DNA of 64,000 nucleotides from Convolutriloba macropyga (Eukaryota): NCBI RefSeq assembly GCF_964194025.1, contig NC_134468.1, positions 44,020,001 to 44,084,000 of the forward strand, read 5' to 3'. Shown piece by piece: positions 58,108 to 64,000 of this stretch (position 1 is its first letter; each line of letters starts with the position of its first letter). The notes under the pieces were generated by a model. It saw only the letters and a program-made list of their open reading frames with translations, ran no database searches and was not told where the DNA came from. The position numbers and the translations under genes were made by a program.

Positions 58108-59131
58108 CTAAGGCAAAAACATCAATGATTGGCACTAGAGTCGTGAATAAGCAATAGTGTAATAGTGAGCTTATAAAAGTAAATTCCCGGAGCGAGTTTC
58201 AATATTGATCAGTACTTCTCCGATGAAATACACGTCTTGATTTGGCAAATCAGTACTGATCGCGTTTTCTTTCAAGTCTTAAGACTTGTGAAGACATGTC
58301 AAGACCTGCCCAAGACTTGTCAAATCTAAATCAAGAAATGCGGTGAATGTGGTGAATTTTTGCAAGAAAAGCGGTGAATGCGGTGAAAAAAATAATTCAC
58401 CGCTTTTCACCGCATTTCTTACAAAATTCGCCATGAAGTTCACTGCATTTCTTACAGAAATTCACCTCATAGACTATTATGGCAAATTAATGTAAGAAGT
58501 GCTGTGAATGCCGTGAATGCGGTGAAAAAAATAAATCACCGCTATTCGAACCCAGTCTAGATGTCAACGCTAAAAATGCAAAATTATGTAAGATTGGTGC
58601 TGTATGAATAGGACTTATCTAAAATCTACGCTTGAGCACCAATCCTACATAACTTTGAGTTGAATTTAGCGTAGATATAACATAATTTTGAATTGAAAAA
58701 TCAATTTTGCATAATTATGCATAATTTGGCATTGAAAGAATGCATTGATCTTACATAAATCTGCATAAAAATTAGCGTTGATCTTACATAATTTTGTGTT
58801 CCAAAACTTAGATCTTACATAGTTGTTGCATTGAATTAATCGTAGATCTTAGATAATTTAAAGTTGAAATTAGCAAAGTAGAGTCTTTAGGAAACGTTAT
58901 TTATAATGAATGCATGAAATTTAGCTAAAATTGGTCAGATTCTTGTAGAAAAATTTGTTAATCTGAACAACCCATTTTTGATAGGAGCCTCTACCAACTT
59001 GAAATATCCCATAGATTCAAAGGAGTTACATTTTTTTCCATTTGCTAAGTTTCTTATCTTGTCATTGTGAGAAAAACAATAAACTTACTGATTTAATTAA
59101 TTTGATGATTTGATTACATGATCGAAGTCAT

Positions 59132-59297
59132 NNNNNNNNNNNNNNNNNNNNNNNNNNNNNNNNNNNNNNNNNNNNNNNNNNNNNNNNNNNNNNNNNNNNN
59201 NNNNNNNNNNNNNNNNNNNNNNNNNNNNNNNNNNNNNNNNNNNNNNNNNNNNNNNNNNNNNNNNNNNNNNNNNNNNNNNNNNNNNNNNNNNNNNNNN
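59132..59297. other. Assembly gap (166 N)
   Basis: Run of N. Confidence 1.
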
Positions 59298-59704
59298 ACT
59301 TCAAAAAGCTATGATGAAACTAAATAGTGATAGTGTTGATGGAAAGATTCACTTCGATACATGATGTTTATTTCTGTACAAAAAAGTAACAAAAAGAAAC
59401 AATGTCTTTTTTCAGCAGTACTGCAAGAAAAATTGTTCATTAATACTGAAAGGTTAGGAAATTTCTTGTACCTCGGATATCAATTTATACGGACGTTAGA
59501 TTCTATTCAGTGAACGATAGTTTGATCGGTTTTGATAACAAACATACTAGAACATGATATATCTTGCGGAGATCTGGACATGACACTTGCTATAAATACA
59601 TAAAGATATGTACGAGCTTGCTTCATTTTTGCACTGGCAACAAGAAACAAGATCTTGGCAAGATCGTTAGTAAGCACCTTATAAAGGACGACAAAACTCG
59701 AAAA

Positions 59705-59952
59705 GGACCGGTGATCAGACCATTACCAAATAGAACAGACCTCTGATCAGACCATCCCCAGCCAGAAGTAACTTCTGGTCATAATTTTGTGCGCTCGAAT
59801 GTGACCCCTGATCAGGCCATTACCAGACGGAAACGACAGAGCGTCCCAGACGGAAGTGACCTCTGGTCAGAACACTTACAGACAATTCTCCATCCGGTGT
59901 TTTTGGCCTGAAAACACAATGTTTGCGTTTGACTTCCGTCTGGTACCTCAAT
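59705..59952. repeat. Fragment of a MITE-like family with tgatcagacc/tctggt repeats
   Basis: Ends gtctggtacctcaa, similar to the right TIR at 43631-43644. Confidence 0.45.
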
Positions 59953-60671
59953 CTGGGGTTCCATAAAAAAGCTAAAGAAAATCTACTTTGTAAATTTTTT
60001 ACATTAACAAAGTTAGAAGACAAACAAACAACAAAAAATGCTATTTATTCCAATAAAAAAGCGCAAGAAATTTTCTTGGTTTACCTTGCTAAGATCTGTA
60101 GTTTACCAGGATTGGATGAAGAGGAAATGTTGTTGTAGCATGTTCTGTGCAAGATGTTTCAAATTTTGCAAGAAATGTCAAGATCACTCATATCGTAATA
60201 AGGCGTATGATGTTTCAAATCACTGAGTGTTAATTGACAGTTGACGTGATGGAGACTATAGTTAACTGTCAGCAAAATTTGTACTTATTTGTTGGATTAA
60301 ACTACAGAAAAATCACTCCCTATTAACCTAACAACATTAGACAGATTAGAGTATTTTCTCGTTATTAAAAATTTCACTGAACCTACTGTGCTACTTTTAC
60401 TCTACTAAAAATTTTGGTAAAAAAAATCACTAAGTTGAACGACGTAAACTTTAAAGAACGCCTTGAAACAAAAGAAAGTGATTCGAAAAAGCACATCAAT
60501 GAAAGCTTTTTTTATTTTCTGTATCTTGATTCAATATTTGGAACTCATTTGGACATCAGCTCAAATTTAAAGCGGTCTTAGATTTTCTGTACAATTCATT
60601 GATTTGTGTGTTCTACTATTTCATATTCAACTAAGTTTTGAGAAAAAACAGAGCAATAAATTCAAAAATAT

Positions 60672-63600
60672 GCTGGGCAATTTTATCCGAAGTTTTTCTA
60701 ACATTTAGGCTCAATATTTCACGTTCCTTATCAAAAACGAATTTCAATAGCACACTTTGTGACAAATAGACCAAATTGCTCATCTAAAAACTAACGATAA
60801 CAATTTCTCAAATTTCAAAGACGACAAATTATACTTTTGCTCAATATCAGATTGTAGAGGAATTTTAAAAAAAATGGCAGGTTTCTAAGCCAATTTAACT
60901 CGATAATAATCAAGTCTTCAATAACTATTTTTGTTTTACTGACTATTATTCGCCAAACTGTTTATTTTGCTATTTTTTGGAACGTTGTCTTGTTTCTAAT
61001 GTAGGGCAGAACTTTTAAGGCTAGTTATGATTTATTCTTGGGTGCGAATTGTAAATCCCGCTGTTTTTTAATTTTTTTTCAATTCTCTTGCTCTTTTCGA
61101 ACATTTTAAAACAATTACCGGAACAACATTACAAAGGAAGGACGTTAAATTACCTTAGAAAATTGACGTGCAAATGAGTGGCCAGGAGCGCTTATCATGT
61201 TCAGTAAAAAGTTCAAAGATTTTGTGGCTTCGGCACTTTGCTCGAGTAAAACTTCTTTCTCGAAATTTGTGTTTTCTCAGTTGTCTTCAGTTGGTTGCGA
61301 TTATACAAACTTTCTTGAAATTTTTTGTGATTTGGGGGTTTGTCAAATTGAAAACCAATTCGAAAGACCCGCTGGCGTCGAATGCAGGCCTATTCGTTTA
61401 TATGTCATTTTATACTAGGAAAAAATTGAGGATATTAGTGGCTTGGGCAGTAATTTTTTTGAAACTTTTTTTGAATTTTTCATTGTTTTCACAATTTGTT
61501 GTCTTTTAGTAGTTGTTAGACCTATTCTGTATAATAAAAGGTCTCGATGGCGTCTCTAGGAATATAAAAGAAACATTTAATCATTTCAGTTGGTAGCTAA
61601 AGGTTATAAAAATTATAAACTCTTTTTTCTGATTTTTCCATTTGCGTCCTTGTTTTGTGAATTACAAATTTTTATGTCTTGTTTAGTTTTTTGTGATCCC
61701 ATTTTTACATCGCTAAATGTTTTTAAAAACTAACATTGAGTTTTGGTCGCAGTAAACGTTTGTTTTTGTTATTTGTTTTTTTTTCTTGTCTCATAGTCTT
61801 GTTAATGGCATGTCTCGTTGGCCATCTACAACGGCCTTGTTTAATTAGTTTAACGGCTTGAGTTAAAGGCTTTTTTCACACACCAATTATTTTTCTGAGA
61901 TAACTGTAATTTTTTAAAAAAGTTTCCCGTCTCCTTCTTTTTTGGAAGACAGTCATATCAAAAATGTGAATCAACGGGTCGTAACCTATTGTGCAAACAC
62001 ACATTACCGAGCCTCATTGTCTTATCTTTTACCATATCCCTGGTGAGTCAAATTTATTAATCGCAATGGTATAAACAGACCAACTAAAATGTTGTTTCTC
62101 GACCTTTTACGTCACCTAAAAAGTCTCATGTGATCGGCTAACGGATCTTTTTATTTCATAAAGCATTACAAGTGTATCTATAGTAGATCTGGTTTGATAT
62201 TTACTACCCGTGGCCGTAGAAGTCTCCAAAAAGGTGAATTGTTTTTCTTGCAAAATGGGGTTTGTCACATTCGGTTATTATTAACGTTTTTTACCTGGGT
62301 CTAGAGGGTTTTTTCAAGAAAAATTTACTTTGTAAGCTCTTGCAAGAGATATTTAATTTTTCAAGAATCCTGTAAGAAAAAAAAAATTTGAAAGAACCTT
62401 GTAAGAAAAAGCTAATCTTGTCAGATATTGTGCAAATGTTGTAGGGTTTAAATTTCAAACGAAATCTCTGAATTGATATGAAAAACACAATTGAGTTTTT
62501 CTATTTACAACTGCTGCTGCCTATTTTTTTCAGTACGATAAATAGATTGTAAGCCATTTATTCGGCTTTTTATTTTCTGACCATCCCATCCTGAATGTTT
62601 TCAAATTTCAACTGATAATAGCAAAATAGATAATGTCAGAAAACAAGTTTTTTATTTTTTATCAGGAAACAATGGATCCAGGCCATTAATATGTACTATT
62701 GAATAAGAATGGATGTCTTCAAACGTGGGGATTTATCATAAAATGGTTCAATAACAAAGTGCAGTCAAAAGGGATGCAAATTTAAAAGAATAAATAACTG
62801 ATAACAACGCAGCAAGTCAAATTCCCACAAATAATTTCAATGAAAGGAATATATTATTATTCATACTTTTTCAACTACTAATTTTGTTTTTCAAAAGATA
62901 AATTTACAAATTTGGATTATACTATACGTAATTCTGATAAATTTGATAAAAAATAATTTAAAGATTTTTCAAATTATGTTTTGTAAATCACTGATTATAC
63001 TTTAAATAATTTTGCCTAGAGTCCAAATACGACTAAAAAAATTGATATTTGAAATCATTCCTTTTCAAAAATACAAAAAATATATATCTTCAAATTTAAC
63101 AACTAAGGACTTTGATACATATTTAAAGGTCGTTTTTCAAGTAATGTAAAGTTAAATTCAGAATTATATTCTTGGTTTTTGCTATATGAAAGCTAATGAT
63201 TTGTTTTTTGAAAGCTAACTAAATCAAACATACTAAATCATTATCAACTTAATTTTAGAAACAATAGAGATTTTTTGTCGGTATGAAACAATTCTGGATG
63301 CAGAGTTATTTTTCATTTTGAATTTTTTATGCGTTTGTTCTCCCTTCATTGAAAACAAATTGCTCTCATTGCAACTTCCCCCTCATAACTTCTTCTCTCT
63401 CAAATTTCTACACTGGATTATTTTATTTTTTTACTCACCTTGTTGGGGGAGGAACCATAAACTCAAACGGGTTTTATGTTCAGTAATTTTTGGCTTCTTG
63501 ATATAATCATTGTAGAGAGTTGTCAGTAATATCATTAGAAAGGCCTTTTAACATAGAATATAGAAATAAGAGAATTTTTTGAATTTCTTTTTTTTTTCAC

Positions 63601-64000
63601 AGAATTATCGATTATTATAATTTTCTGATCATTTGTAGTCAATTCAGTTGTTTTATTTCACAGTTTATAAATTTTTGCTAAAATTTTTTGTCAAATTTTT
63701 TAAATACAGTAGGTTAAAATTGTTAGCAAACTTGTTAATGCTCTGAAAATTCTGGATTGACTAATCTTGCTGGGCAATTTTATCCGAAGTTTTTGCTAAC
63801 ATTTAGGCTAAATTTTTCACGTTCCTTATAAAAAACGAATTTCAATAGCACACTTTGTGACAAGTAGACGAAATTGGTCATCTAAAAACTAACGATAACA
63901 ATTTCTCAAATTTCAAAGACGACAAATTATACTTTCGCTCAATATCAGACTGTAGAGGAATTTGAAAAAATGGCATGTTTCTTAGCCAATTTAACTCGAT
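60672..64000. repeat. ~3.1 kb-period repeat related to the first ~3.3 kb of the array unit
   Basis: gctgggcaattttatccgaag at 60672 and 63769; 62720-63763 matches 8115-9157; 61045-62455 matches 9170-9413 plus 10226-11403. Confidence 0.85.

Larger units (their letters stand above)
53200..58330. repeat. Diverged tandem duplication (~53200-55720 vs ~56010-58330), each copy carrying a peptide exon
   Basis: Shared anchors cagttaaaatttgcaattgaacc, aagagcacttcttaggtttcattcacgcg and gtcgtgaataagcaatagtg; offset 2.6-2.8 kb with indels. Confidence 0.9.

Overview
AT-rich eukaryotic, probably invertebrate animal, genomic DNA with two assembly gaps. Bases 1-43364 are a head-to-tail array of a ~17.6 kb unit: one partial and two complete copies that differ only by scattered SNPs and homopolymer lengths. 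Each unit holds an intact ~9.77 kb minus-strand Ty3/Gypsy LTR element with ~491 bp LTRs and a 4-bp ATAT target duplication. The element has four ORFs: gag, a separate pol (PR-RT-RNaseH-IN), a 684-aa env-like glycoprotein resembling chuvirus/gB-type glycoproteins, and an unrecognised 330-aa coiled-coil/Ser-Arg protein. A consensus splice donor sits in the LTR, and a candidate acceptor lies just upstream of each of pol, env and ORF4, suggesting a foamy-virus-like expression strategy with no Gag-Pol fusion. The element lies just upstream of the terminal exon of a small six-cysteine peptide gene with CART-like cysteine spacing; five such exons occur in the window, all on the minus strand. The rest contains MITE-like elements, a decayed Tc1 (DD34E) transposon and older tandem/segmental duplications.
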